Part shown: one piece after another, positions 46,135 to 56,233 of the stretch
Layout: each line of letters begins with the position of its first letter
Position numbering within the stretch: position 1 is the first letter of the stretch
Assembly (NCBI GenBank): GCA_002840365.1
Contig: PHAO01000001.1
Span: forward strand, 15,594 to 79,593
Source of the DNA: Candidatus Dojkabacteria bacterium HGW-Dojkabacteria-1
GTDB taxonomy: Bacteria; Patescibacteriota; Dojkabacteria; SC72
Direction of reading: 5' to 3'
DNA length: 64,000 bases
Made by a program: the position numbers and the translations under genes
The notes under the pieces: generated by a model
Told to the model about the DNA's origin: nothing
The model's input: the letters and a program-made list of their open reading frames with translations, nothing else
Databases searched by the model: none

Positions 46135-46479
46135 ATGAATAAAGGAATAAATAAAGAAAATTTAAATGAAAGAAAACAATTTTTTATAGACATAATCGCT
46201 AAATTTTGTGATAAGTGTGGTACCCCTTATACTGGAAGTAACTTAGAAATAATTCAAGACAACAATATCTCGAGTATTATACACTTCTCATGTAGTAATT
46301 GTAAATCTAATCATATTGCTACTTTTATTAAACCAATGGGTATAAGTAATAGGATGCCAATAAATACGGACTTAGATATTGAAGAAATTGGTAAATTTGC
46401 TTCTAAACAAGAGACTTCTCTTGAGGAAATATTAGATATATATATTTACCTAAAAGAAAAGGAAAAAATAGTTATCTAG
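46135..46479 (+). CDS. Small zinc-ribbon protein
   Basis: CDKC...CSNC; divergent from rpoD. Confidence 0.7.
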   Translation: MNKGINKENLNERKQFFIDIIAKFCDKCGTPYTGSNLEIIQDNNISSIIHFSCSNCKSNHIATFIKPMGISNRMPINTDLDIEEIGKFASKQETSLEEILDIYIYLKEKEKIVI

Positions 46480-49479
46480 CTATCTTTGCCACAATATATT
46501 AAAACTTTCATCTGAAGCTAATTCGAATCTTCTACTTAATTGATATCCAATACTACTAAGGTTATCTCCTTTTTCTAATTCCCAACTGCTTGGATATATA
46601 ATATTTAGATTGTATGCATCTTTCCTACTTCCAGGTTGTTTATAGATATTAACATCCATACTGTAGTGAGTATCATTTCTCAATATAGGGAATGAACTAT
46701 CATTATTCTCATTGCTGATTCTATATGTAATCTCCAATGTCTTATTTTCTTTGATAGGAACATTAAACCATCCTCCAACTACTTTGTAGCCGCCCTCGTT
46801 ATATATGTCATATCGGTTATCCTTGATACCAGTGATTCCCATTAAGGTTGCATTAACAGGTAGGAAAATTCTTACATAGTTTATATATTCACCTTGTGGG
46901 TATGTGTTTATACTAGAATCATTTTGTATAGCTATTTGATACTTGTAGTCTATTGTTTTTTCATCCTTTATGTTTATATCCAGAGTATGATTTTTCTTTA
47001 TATACAAATTTGCCTTATTCCCTCCCCAGTTCCAATCAATATTAATAGGGGCAGATAGATACTTAGAATCCATATTCCCATCCCAGTTATTTTCATCAAA
47101 ATATGACTTAGCTAAAGTATTTTTAAATGTTGCTTGTAAATGTTTTTCTGTTAGAGACTCAGTAATTACATCTGAGATATCCTTGTATTGGGCAAAGTTC
47201 GATGAAAGGAGCTTTGTAACAGATTCATTTGCAAGATTTGCTAAGAAGGTTGCCTTTCTTGTTGAACCAGGGGTGAACTCTGTATGCATCTCGAAAATCT
47301 TTGAGTAAAGATTGGAAGAGGTTATTATCTCTGATTCTCCAGGTACTTCAATTCCTCCCCACTTATCTAAAAGCTTCTGTAAAAATACCGTATCTATGGT
47401 AATTATCCCATCAATATCGTTTCCTTTACCAAGATCATATACAAATTGCTCGGTACTGGTCATTACAGAATCTAAATTAGGATCCCAATTAACAAGAGAG
47501 AATGTATATGGAGTTTCTCCTAATGCCCTTATCATTGATACAGGAGCTCTGTAGGTATATCCCTTAACTCTTAGTGTACCCTCTGCGTTGTAAATATCAT
47601 CTACAAAAAGCTCTCTTATTTGTCCTCCCTCTATTGCTACTACTCCGTAGCTTGATATCCATCCTCCAGTTCCCCTTATCTCGCCATCATTTTGTAGTAA
47701 TATCACATATCTTTTTCTTTCATCTACTCCAAGTAAATCTGGTAAGAATTGTGATACCTTTTCTAAAGGTACAACCATATCATTTACTTGGGTTATCAAC
47801 TCCTTGTATCTAAGAACAGAATCTTGTAGGAATTTTGGAAAATCTCTTGTATTTACCGACTCTATCAAACTCTTCGCAAGAGTCATTTTATATATTCCTT
47901 CCTTTATATTGTATTGATTATCATCTATTGCTAAAAGATACTCCCTGTACTCCCTTGTCGTTGATGGTTGAGAGCTGTCAAAGGTTACAGCAGGCTCAAA
48001 ATCTTTTACATACTCACCAAGGGGTCTAAGTCCAATTACTAAGTCTTGTGCACTGTCTAGTGCATATCTAGTACCTTGTATGACCTGGCTTGTATTGTTG
48101 TAAAACTCCCTGTTATTAGTAAAAGAAAATAGCCAGAAGAGTCTTGAAAGATTGTTTTCAACCCTTGTTAGGTTTTTGGATATTTGTACAGTATCTTGTT
48201 GTATTGAATCAAAATCTAATTCAGCAAAGGATTTCTGTAGGTTATTAGTTTGAGAATATATTAAATATGAACCAAGTGAAATTCCTAGTACTGGAGAAAT
48301 TAAGTAATATATTGCTATGAAAGAAACAGCTAATACAGAGAGTAATTTGAATATTTTAGTATAGCTAATTTCTTTAAAAAGTCCTTCTGATTCTGAACCA
48401 CGGAATGGTTTTAGAAGTTTTTGTACAAAAAGACCTAATTTTGTGTTTGAAACATTAGAGACTTCTTCTGTTTTTCTCTTTTTAACATCCTCTGTTTTTC
48501 CAATTTCCCATTTTTTATCAGATTTGTCATAGTATGCTTTAACTTGTTCAACAACACTCTCTTCTAGTGGAACCTGTTGTTTCCATGAAAACTGTGTAGC
48601 ATTTGGAGCAGGAATATACAAATCTTGTAAAACATATTTGTTATCTTCTCTTTCTACAAACTTTATTGCCTTCGCTTCAACATCTAATTCTAATAGTTTG
48701 TAAGAAAGAGAAAGAGTAGTATAGTCGTTTTTGTTACAAAGAGATATTACTTCTCCTTTTGTATTATCCTCAAATGTTAATTTCAATATTCCATATACCG
48801 CATCACTCTCATGTATTATATTGTGTAATTCTAATCCTTCTCCTGAGATTTCAATTTGAGGTTTTTGTGTTGCATCCACAAAGAGGTGATCTAGAGTATT
48901 ATCAGTTAGCTGACTTATTCCTTTCCCAACCAAAGTTCCAAGTCTTAAAATTCTTACATTTGCTTTTGTTTTATCTACAAACTCTGCAACGAAGTTCTCT
49001 CCATACCTTTGTAATTCTAGTGGGGAATACGGTGTTGTTTTACCGGATTTTTCATCATTTAATCTATTAGAAAGCTCCCTATTTAATCTAAGTGAGGTTA
49101 CTAAAGATATTTTAGCTTTGTATTTCTGAGAAGCTGTTAAACTTGTACTAAGATAGTCAGATTCTGCTAAAAAGTCCTTACTATCAACATTTTTTGCTTT
49201 CTCAAGTGATTCCCCTAAGAGGTAGAAGAGATAGTCTATTCTAGCTATTTTCTCATAGAAATTCTTTAAACCTTTGAAATCTATAAAGCTAACTTTTCCA
49301 GTATTTCTTAATTCAGAGAAGTAGAGCTTTGATTGTGCAGTATATTTATCAATAATTACTACCTGACTTCCTTGTTCTAATAGTGTTTTGGAGAGTAGAT
49401 ATCCAAGATAGTTTCCTCCATGCACAATAATAGATACTGGAACTTGTCCCTTTATTTTTGTTAAATCTGTATTACTCAT
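46480..49479 (-). CDS. Degenerate NAD-dependent epimerase/SDR domain fused via a TM to a DUF4012-type extracellular domain
   Basis: IVHGGNYLGYLL...VVIID; YVILLQNDGEIRGTGGWISSYG, NWDPN, IDGIITID, GGNKANLY, YVRIFLP, KQPG. Confidence 0.8.
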   Translation of the reverse strand: MSNTDLTKIKGQVPVSIIVHGGNYLGYLLSKTLLEQGSQVVIIDKYTAQSKLYFSELRNTGKVSFIDFKGLKNFYEKIARIDYLFYLLGESLEKAKNVDSKDFLAESDYLSTSLTASQKYKAKISLVTSLRLNRELSNRLNDEKSGKTTPYSPLELQRYGENFVAEFVDKTKANVRILRLGTLVGKGISQLTDNTLDHLFVDATQKPQIEISGEGLELHNIIHESDAVYGILKLTFEDNTKGEVISLCNKNDYTTLSLSYKLLELDVEAKAIKFVEREDNKYVLQDLYIPAPNATQFSWKQQVPLEESVVEQVKAYYDKSDKKWEIGKTEDVKKRKTEEVSNVSNTKLGLFVQKLLKPFRGSESEGLFKEISYTKIFKLLSVLAVSFIAIYYLISPVLGISLGSYLIYSQTNNLQKSFAELDFDSIQQDTVQISKNLTRVENNLSRLFWLFSFTNNREFYNNTSQVIQGTRYALDSAQDLVIGLRPLGEYVKDFEPAVTFDSSQPSTTREYREYLLAIDDNQYNIKEGIYKMTLAKSLIESVNTRDFPKFLQDSVLRYKELITQVNDMVVPLEKVSQFLPDLLGVDERKRYVILLQNDGEIRGTGGWISSYGVVAIEGGQIRELFVDDIYNAEGTLRVKGYTYRAPVSMIRALGETPYTFSLVNWDPNLDSVMTSTEQFVYDLGKGNDIDGIITIDTVFLQKLLDKWGGIEVPGESEIITSSNLYSKIFEMHTEFTPGSTRKATFLANLANESVTKLLSSNFAQYKDISDVITESLTEKHLQATFKNTLAKSYFDENNWDGNMDSKYLSAPINIDWNWGGNKANLYIKKNHTLDINIKDEKTIDYKYQIAIQNDSSINTYPQGEYINYVRIFLPVNATLMGITGIKDNRYDIYNEGGYKVVGGWFNVPIKENKTLEITYRISNENNDSSFPILRNDTHYSMDVNIYKQPGSRKDAYNLNIIYPSSWELEKGDNLSSIGYQLSRRFELASDESFNILWQR

Positions 49480-50122
49480 CTATTTGTGCGCTATCAAAAA
49501 TTACTGATATTGGAAGGAGATATCCTTTAATATTCAATGTATACCCAGCTCTTATAACGATTGGTAAGGTTAAATTCTCATACTCTTCCGATTGTAATGA
49601 TATTTCATACTCACCTTCGTTTAATTCTAAGTTTGTTATTGGAGCAGACTTAAGAAATTCTGAGTTCATAAAGACACGCGCGTCTTGAGAATTTGTTGTT
49701 ATAGTAAGCTTTCCTTTGTTTGGAGTATAGGTTTTGTCTTCTTGGTAATAAAGAATAGTTCCATGCATTACATCATCTGGTCCAATTTCTAAATTGATTC
49801 TTGAGGTAGAATTTTTTGTTAGTATTACCTTGAATGTATGTGGTTTGTAATATCCTTCTTGTGTAGAAATTTTGTTTAATTCAACTTCGTACTCTCCAGC
49901 TACTAAGCTTTGTATGTTAAGAGGGGTTTCTCCATATTCCTTACCATTTATTTTTACATTTGCTTTTCCGTAAGGAACAGTAATTTCTAAGGTAGTATTT
50001 TGATAGAAGCTTTTAAGTATTGGTACGTGTTTTAAGATATCCTCTGGTTGGATAAAGAAGAGTAGAATTGAGACAAATACTACAATAGATGAAACTATCA
50101 GGGCAGATTTCCATTTTTTCAT
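49472..50122 (-). CDS. Membrane-anchored tandem PEGA-domain protein
   Basis: ANVKINGKEYGETPL...AGEYEVEL; ARVFMN...GEYEISL. Confidence 0.85.
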   Translation of the reverse strand: MKKWKSALIVSSIVVFVSILLFFIQPEDILKHVPILKSFYQNTTLEITVPYGKANVKINGKEYGETPLNIQSLVAGEYEVELNKISTQEGYYKPHTFKVILTKNSTSRINLEIGPDDVMHGTILYYQEDKTYTPNKGKLTITTNSQDARVFMNSEFLKSAPITNLELNEGEYEISLQSEEYENLTLPIVIRAGYTLNIKGYLLPISVIFDSAQIDE

Positions 50123-50167
50123 ATGTATTCATTATATGAAAGCACTCTGCGTTTGTCTACAAAAGGA

Positions 50168-51376
50168 TTAGTAAGAATATTTAGATTCTGGAGACTCTTT
50201 CTTTTCCTCTTCCTTCCTGTTTGAGCGGTAGTGAATGAATACTATGAAGGCTAGAACAAAAGCAATACTAAAGATCAAGGCAAAATACCTATATGCCCCT
50301 GTTGTTAGAATCGCAAATGAGCCAATGACTAAAGATACAGAAGTCTCAAGTAGTAATACCTGTTTACTAGAAAGATTTAGCTTTAATAGTCTGTGATGTA
50401 AGTGAGATGTATCATTAATTCTCATCAATTCTATTGGGTTTTTAGGTTTGTAAGTAATTGCCCTATATGCAAGAACATAGATAGCGTCTAGTATTGGTAT
50501 TGCTAAAAGCATCAATGTTGCAGAGAATTTTAATCCAGCAATTAGAGCTAAAACACTTATTAAAAACCCATATACAGATTTACCACTTGATCCTGACATT
50601 ACCTTTGGAGAAGGATATGCAAAGTAAAGCAATGGGATTAATCCTCCAGCAATTAAAATACTAATACTTGATGAAAAGAGAGAAAAGGTTCTAACTCCAA
50701 CGATAAAGAGAAGAAGGAATATAACTAAGGAGTATGATTCTACAAGTCCAGGTGAGCCCCCCACCCATTTAACCGAATTAATACAGAGTAATATCCAAGC
50801 TATTAATATTAAATCTCCAGGAAATACAAAAGATATTGGTATAGAAAGAATATTTGCACTCCACGTGTATGCAGTTAGGTTTAATAAATCTTCTGAGAAG
50901 AAGCTAATATTTGCTAAATCTATAATTGAGAAAGCAATAATACTTGCAGCTACGAATTGGTAAAGAAGTTGAATTTTTGAAGAAAGGTTAAGTACATCAT
51001 CTAGTAAACTACCTACGATTAATATTGATAGAGCAAGGACAATTGGTATTGTCATAGCATCTAATCTAAAGAGAAGAAATATTGCTATTAATATTGGGAT
51101 TGTTATTGCTAACCCTCCTAGTGCTGGTGTTTCTACATCGTGTATAGCTTTCTCTGGATTATCAAAATCCTTACCATTACGCCCTTTCCCTGGTACATAT
51201 GTTATTTTATATTTTTTAGCAAAGTATCCAAATATGGGTGTTAAAAATAGGGAACCTAGAAACCCTATTAAGAAAATAGGCCAATAGTTAAGATATTTTT
51301 CGTACTCTGTTGCAGTAGCAAAATCATTTATTCTTAATATTTTTTCTAAGAAATTTGTTGCAATTGAGAAGTCCAT
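50168..51376 (-). CDS. MraY/WecA-family polyprenyl-phosphate sugar-1-phosphate transferase
   Basis: IH...TPALGGLAI, GSLLDD, IPILDA, DTSHLHHRLL; the usual N..DG.DG and FMGDSG appear as NSVKWVGGSPG and VMSGSSG. Confidence 0.82.
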   Translation of the reverse strand: MDFSIATNFLEKILRINDFATATEYEKYLNYWPIFLIGFLGSLFLTPIFGYFAKKYKITYVPGKGRNGKDFDNPEKAIHDVETPALGGLAITIPILIAIFLLFRLDAMTIPIVLALSILIVGSLLDDVLNLSSKIQLLYQFVAASIIAFSIIDLANISFFSEDLLNLTAYTWSANILSIPISFVFPGDLILIAWILLCINSVKWVGGSPGLVESYSLVIFLLLFIVGVRTFSLFSSSISILIAGGLIPLLYFAYPSPKVMSGSSGKSVYGFLISVLALIAGLKFSATLMLLAIPILDAIYVLAYRAITYKPKNPIELMRINDTSHLHHRLLKLNLSSKQVLLLETSVSLVIGSFAILTTGAYRYFALIFSIAFVLAFIVFIHYRSNRKEEEKKESPESKYSY

Positions 51377-51378
51377 AT

Positions 51379-51834
51379 TTAGAATGAATAAACTAATTTG
51401 AAAAATATTACTGAAAGGGACATTGTAGAAAGTAATACTGCTACCAAAAGTAATTTTGACAGCTCCCTTTCACGATGGTAATACTTGTTTGCAAAAAGAA
51501 AACCCGATATTAGGATTAAAATACTTAAACTTGGTAGAAAATATATCCAGAATGAATCTACTAATCTTAAACTAAGTGAAAAGAAATAACCAAGTACTGG
51601 AATTCTAGAGGGGAGAATTTCAAGGTTTAATATAGAATATATCTGTGTAGATATTAAGGATATACTCATCACTAGTACAAACCACATAAGTAAATCTTTC
51701 ATAAAACGATGTGTTTCAAGCCCAGAAAGCCATAGCTCATATTGATCTTTGTATTTGTAATATATATTTTGAGGAGGATTTTTAAGTCCAAAATCTAATT
51801 GTTTTTCTTTTTTCTCCTTCTCTTTCTTTTTCAT
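51379..51834 (-). CDS. Hypothetical three-TM membrane protein
   Basis: TM-LPSRIPV-TM-TM; first gene of the WecA-like operon. Confidence 0.65.
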   Translation of the reverse strand: MKKKEKEKKEKQLDFGLKNPPQNIYYKYKDQYELWLSGLETHRFMKDLLMWFVLVMSISLISTQIYSILNLEILPSRIPVLGYFFSLSLRLVDSFWIYFLPSLSILILISGFLFANKYYHRERELSKLLLVAVLLSTMSLSVIFFKLVYSF

Positions 51835-51872
51835 TGTCCTGATTATATCACCTAGAGAAGAGTAAAGGGATA

Positions 51873-52607
51873 TTAGTGAAGTCTATGATTATTAAGAATT
51901 TCAATGTATTCATTTAATGATAGCTCTGCTGGACGGAGATTGAAGAACTTTCCTATTGAATCAAAATATACACTGTTTCTTAAATTGTTTTTTAAATTTT
52001 TTCTAGGTTGTTTAAATGCATGATGTATTAATTGTTCTAAATTCTCAATATTTTTAATATTCATATCATTGGGTGTAAAAGAAACAAAAGAACTGTTTAC
52101 ATTTGGTTTTGGTCTAAATGAATCAGGAGAAATATCAAAATATTTATTAAAGTCTGCATAAATTGCAGTAGTAAGTGAGAGTATATTATATGGTTTTTTG
52201 TATATATACTTCTCAGCTACCTCTTTTTGGATAATGAAGAAAGCTTTGTTAGTAAAAGTCTTGTGTTCTATTATCTTCCTTATAATAGGCTTTGAAACAT
52301 TGTATGGTAGTGAACCAAAGTATGTGAAATCCTTTTCTTTGAAAATATTTAAGTCCAAATCTAGAAAATCTCCTGTTATAACCTCTATTTTAGGAAATCT
52401 AAGCTTTAAATCATTTGCTAATGCAATATCTTTTTCAACAACTATTACATGTTCAAAATTTGCAACAAGATCTTCGGTAAAAGAGCCTAACCCTGGTCCT
52501 ATCTCTACAACCGATTTCGTTTCGTTTTCTAATACTTTGTTAACAATATGGTTTTTTAGGTTTTTGTTTACGAAAAAATTTTGACCTAATGATTTTTTTG
52601 CTTTCAT
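51873..52607 (-). CDS. rsmA: 16S rRNA dimethyladenosine transferase
   Basis: KKSLGQNF, VEIGPGLG, SLPYN, QKEVA, FRPKPNVNS, F.QPRKNLKN. Confidence 0.93.
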   Translation of the reverse strand: MKAKKSLGQNFFVNKNLKNHIVNKVLENETKSVVEIGPGLGSFTEDLVANFEHVIVVEKDIALANDLKLRFPKIEVITGDFLDLDLNIFKEKDFTYFGSLPYNVSKPIIRKIIEHKTFTNKAFFIIQKEVAEKYIYKKPYNILSLTTAIYADFNKYFDISPDSFRPKPNVNSSFVSFTPNDMNIKNIENLEQLIHHAFKQPRKNLKNNLRNSVYFDSIGKFFNLRPAELSLNEYIEILNNHRLH

Positions 52608-53534
52608 CTATACTCTAAAGTCCCAAATATTTTTACTTTTAGTAAATTTCTTACTGCATTCTTTACAATGGGCACTTTCTTTCTCAATTTTTAGAAAACC
52701 TTTGCAAAGAGGGCATACCAATATATCTTCTAAGGTAGAATTCTTTGATGTTTTAAAATCTCCCTTGTTAACTATACTTTTAACAAAAATACTTGGAGAA
52801 GTTTGACTCCAAGAAAAAGCCTTTTGAGAAATACGTTCTAGCAAAAGGAGTAACCTTACACCAAGTATCTTTTTAAGTAGATTTAATCTTAAAAAAGAGG
52901 CTCCTCTCTCCTGAATTACAATGTATCCACTTTCTCTTAGAGTTTCCTTCATCCATTTGGGGTGATAGTTGAGAAATGGTACATTAGAACCTTTTCTAGC
53001 CCCTTCGTAGTTTTCTTTTGTTGGTTGTTGATATGGTTCTTTGTTAAATATTGTAAAATCAAATTTTAAGAGAGCCTTTATCATTGCTTTTAGGTGCTTT
53101 TTGTTTGCATATTCCTGTATATATACAGAGTTGTTACTAAAGACTCTGTGAGCCTCTTTAAAATAGTCTGTAGGCCTGTCAATGTGGTGAAGTACCCTTA
53201 CCATTAAACCTCCATCGAAAGTATTATCTTTAAACGGAAGATTGTATGCATTTGCGGCAATTAATATTGTATTTGGGTAATTCTGTTTAATATATTCATA
53301 GTTGTTTTGAAGTGTTTTTAGAGAATAGTCGATAATGACGGGGTTTGAATATTTTTCATAATATGTTGGAGTTAATCTCCCATATGATCCTCCAATATCG
53401 ATGAACCAATTCCCCTCATTTCCCTTAAGTAGAGAATCTAAGGCAATATGCTCTGATTTGTTCTCGTATTCTCTATTCTTCCAATACTTTCTGTAATCGT
53501 AATTAAGAGTATCATAGTTTGCTATTTTGCTCAT
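52608..53534 (-). CDS. Class I SAM methyltransferase with C-terminal Trm112-like zinc domain
   Basis: IDIGGSYGR, LPFKDNTFD, VRVLHH; LVCPLCKG...CKEC...IWDF. Confidence 0.82.
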   Translation of the reverse strand: MSKIANYDTLNYDYRKYWKNREYENKSEHIALDSLLKGNEGNWFIDIGGSYGRLTPTYYEKYSNPVIIDYSLKTLQNNYEYIKQNYPNTILIAANAYNLPFKDNTFDGGLMVRVLHHIDRPTDYFKEAHRVFSNNSVYIQEYANKKHLKAMIKALLKFDFTIFNKEPYQQPTKENYEGARKGSNVPFLNYHPKWMKETLRESGYIVIQERGASFLRLNLLKKILGVRLLLLLERISQKAFSWSQTSPSIFVKSIVNKGDFKTSKNSTLEDILVCPLCKGFLKIEKESAHCKECSKKFTKSKNIWDFRV

Positions 53535-55236
53535 ATTTTTGTTTTTCTTTAGTTAAATTTTGGTATTCAGAGAGAAGTTTTTCACTTTCTTTTTGTTCTC
53601 CTTTAGCTTCAGCTACCGCTATCTTAACATTATACTCTTTCTCTTTCTTTGAAAAGTAATCTTTAACAATATTATTGTAAAGATCGTCTAATTCCTTTAA
53701 ATCGGTTTCTTTTTCGGAGAAAGAAAAAATGGCATCTTCGATAATTTGTTTTAAGGTTGTACCTTCAAAATGTTCAAGTAGATCTGCTCTTGTTGTTGTA
53801 TCCTTTTTACTTATATACAAAAGGATTTTATATATATCAGAATAGTCTTTAAAGTATTTGATGTCGTGGTACTTCGGAAGTTTTATCTCATTGAAAAACA
53901 GCAATTGCCTTATGTAGACTGCTTCTCTTGATATTTTCCTCTTGGAATTTTCACTAAAGGGCAAAATCGCACGATTTGGTTGTTGTAGAGCCCTTTTGTT
54001 GGGCATTTGGATTTTGCCTATTTGACGGGCTTTTTCCACATAGAAATTTCGATTTGTGGATACTACTTCGTTTTTGAGCATCCTCTCTACCCATGAAACA
54101 GTCTTTTGATAATCTTGCAGATTGCTGAGGTTTTTATCTTTTATATACTCTGTAAACATGTAGGTAAAGGTGTCAATTCTCTTTTTAATAATTTTGAAAA
54201 ACAATTCGGGTTGTTTAGATATTAATTCATCTATATCCTTGTAAGGAGACGTGTTCGCTGCATATGTACTTAGGCCTAGCTCTTGGGAGAGTAGAAATCC
54301 CCTTTCTAGTGCTTGTTGACCTGCACTATCATTATCAAATAGAAAAAGGATGTTCTTAGAAAGTTTAGAAAGCTTCTCGAGTTGTTCTTTTGTAAGTGCT
54401 GTACCAAGTGGAGCGACGATATTTTTTACGCCTATTTGATGAGCAGAGATTACATCTGTTGTTCCCTCACAAACTATTGCTAAATCTAGCTTTCTAATCT
54501 CTTGTCTTGATTCATACTGTCCATAAAGATTATCCTTTTTGTGATATATTTCAGTTTCTGGAGAATTCATATATTTTGGACCGAAATCGTTACCTGGAAG
54601 TACTCTTCCTGTAAATGCAATTACTTTTCCAGAGCTTGATCTAATTGGAAACATTATTCTAAGAAAGAATTTTGATCTTATCTTTCCCTCCTTTTCAACA
54701 AAAATCCCAGATCGTAAAAGCTCCTCTTTAGAATATTTTGTTTCTTTCTGGATATAGTCTAAAAGGCCATTACTATCAGAAGAGAATCCAATACCAAAGG
54801 TTTTTATACTTTCATCTGTAATACCTCTTCCTTTTACATATTCCAAAGCTTTAATATTTTTGGGGTTATGAAGAGATTTGTAGAAAAAGATTGCAGCCCT
54901 TTTGTTAATCTCTTCTAATCTTGAGTATCTTGTATTATCTTTTGGTTTAACAAGTTCTACTCCAGCTTCTTTTGCTAATTTTTCTAAGGTTTCTGGAAAA
55001 TCTATATGTTCAATGTTCTGAACAAAATTAAAGATGTCACCAGATGCACCACAGCCAAAGCATTTATATCTTTGAAGTTCAGGACTAACTATAAAGGAGG
55101 GAGTCTTTTCAGAGTGAAAAGGACAAAGGCCAGAGAAGTTTTTACCAGCTTGTTTTAATTGAACATATTTTCCAACTATATCTACAACGTCTAAACGGCT
55201 TCTTATTTCTTCAATTTGATTCCTATTTGAATCCAT
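53512..55236 (-). CDS. dnaG: DNA primase
   Basis: CPFHSEKTPSF...CFGC, RIMFPI, KYMNSPET, EGTTD, FDNDSAG. Confidence 0.97.
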   Translation of the reverse strand: MDSNRNQIEEIRSRLDVVDIVGKYVQLKQAGKNFSGLCPFHSEKTPSFIVSPELQRYKCFGCGASGDIFNFVQNIEHIDFPETLEKLAKEAGVELVKPKDNTRYSRLEEINKRAAIFFYKSLHNPKNIKALEYVKGRGITDESIKTFGIGFSSDSNGLLDYIQKETKYSKEELLRSGIFVEKEGKIRSKFFLRIMFPIRSSSGKVIAFTGRVLPGNDFGPKYMNSPETEIYHKKDNLYGQYESRQEIRKLDLAIVCEGTTDVISAHQIGVKNIVAPLGTALTKEQLEKLSKLSKNILFLFDNDSAGQQALERGFLLSQELGLSTYAANTSPYKDIDELISKQPELFFKIIKKRIDTFTYMFTEYIKDKNLSNLQDYQKTVSWVERMLKNEVVSTNRNFYVEKARQIGKIQMPNKRALQQPNRAILPFSENSKRKISREAVYIRQLLFFNEIKLPKYHDIKYFKDYSDIYKILLYISKKDTTTRADLLEHFEGTTLKQIIEDAIFSFSEKETDLKELDDLYNNIVKDYFSKKEKEYNVKIAVAEAKGEQKESEKLLSEYQNLTKEKQKYEQNSKL

Positions 55237-55263
55237 ATGCAAATTATACCAGTTTTATGCCCT

Positions 55264-56211
55264 TTATATGCACTCTAAGCCTGTATTTTGTATTTTGCAT
55301 GTAATTTGTCCAACCCCTGTGTTTTGGCTAGAGGATATTTTAATCTCTTCACCATTAATTAAAAGTTGTGTGCTTTGTACTTTTCCAGTAACTAATGTTA
55401 GTTCTCTTTCGAGTGTAAATTCTTGTTGAGTATTTGGATCCAGTATTTGAGAAACCTTGTTTACACCATCAATATCTAGTTTTATCCATGATGCTGCATT
55501 TGATATTTTCAATTCCACTTTATATTCATTTGTAGCTTCTTCCTGTTCAGTTATTTCATCATCTGCTTGAACTACATAGAGGACTTTGAGAGTCTTTGTG
55601 GTCTCAAGTTGATTGTTTGAATTTTTTTTTGATGTAATGCTAATTGTATTTACACCCTCTTTAAGTTCTATTTCTTTTTCAAAGTACCCTAGGGAGTCTG
55701 TTTCGACTGGTTCTCCATTTATTGTTACAGAGGAAGTTGATTCTGTATTTCCCTTAACAATGACGAAATTTTCTTCAGTCCTATGTTCATCAAGAGGCTC
55801 TACGATTGTTAATTGTGGAGGTGTTTGAAATTTGAATATTTGATAACCAATATATCCAACAACCGAAAGAAAGAATACTACTAGTAATACAATGGCAAAT
55901 ATTTGTGGGGTTATACCAATTTTAAAACTATTTTTTCTTTGAATTACATTTTTCTTCTCCTCTTCCCTTTTTCCGTTCTTTAAATTACTTCTTCTGTATA
56001 TTGCAAGAAGTTTCTCAACATCTAAACCAAGATACTTGGAATATATTTTGATAAAGCCGGAAACAAAAACCTCTGAATCAAATTTTTCATATTGATTGTT
56101 TTCTATGTATTCGAGAAATCTTTTTTGAATCTTTGTGTCTACAGATACTGTATTTAAATCCTTACCTAAAGATTCTCTCTTGTTTTTTAATACTTCTCCT
56201 GCTGTAATCAT
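55264..56211 (-). CDS. RodZ-like HTH membrane protein with an extra Ig-like domain
   Basis: GEVLKNKRE...GFIKIYSKYLGLD HTH, TM, PPQLTI...LKEGVNTI Ig-like, SWIKLDIDG C-domain; downstream of ftsK. Confidence 0.8.
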   Translation of the reverse strand: MITAGEVLKNKRESLGKDLNTVSVDTKIQKRFLEYIENNQYEKFDSEVFVSGFIKIYSKYLGLDVEKLLAIYRRSNLKNGKREEEKKNVIQRKNSFKIGITPQIFAIVLLVVFFLSVVGYIGYQIFKFQTPPQLTIVEPLDEHRTEENFVIVKGNTESTSSVTINGEPVETDSLGYFEKEIELKEGVNTISITSKKNSNNQLETTKTLKVLYVVQADDEITEQEEATNEYKVELKISNAASWIKLDIDGVNKVSQILDPNTQQEFTLERELTLVTGKVQSTQLLINGEEIKISSSQNTGVGQITCKIQNTGLECI

Positions 56212-56233
56212 GGCTAAAAGAGTATATCAAACT

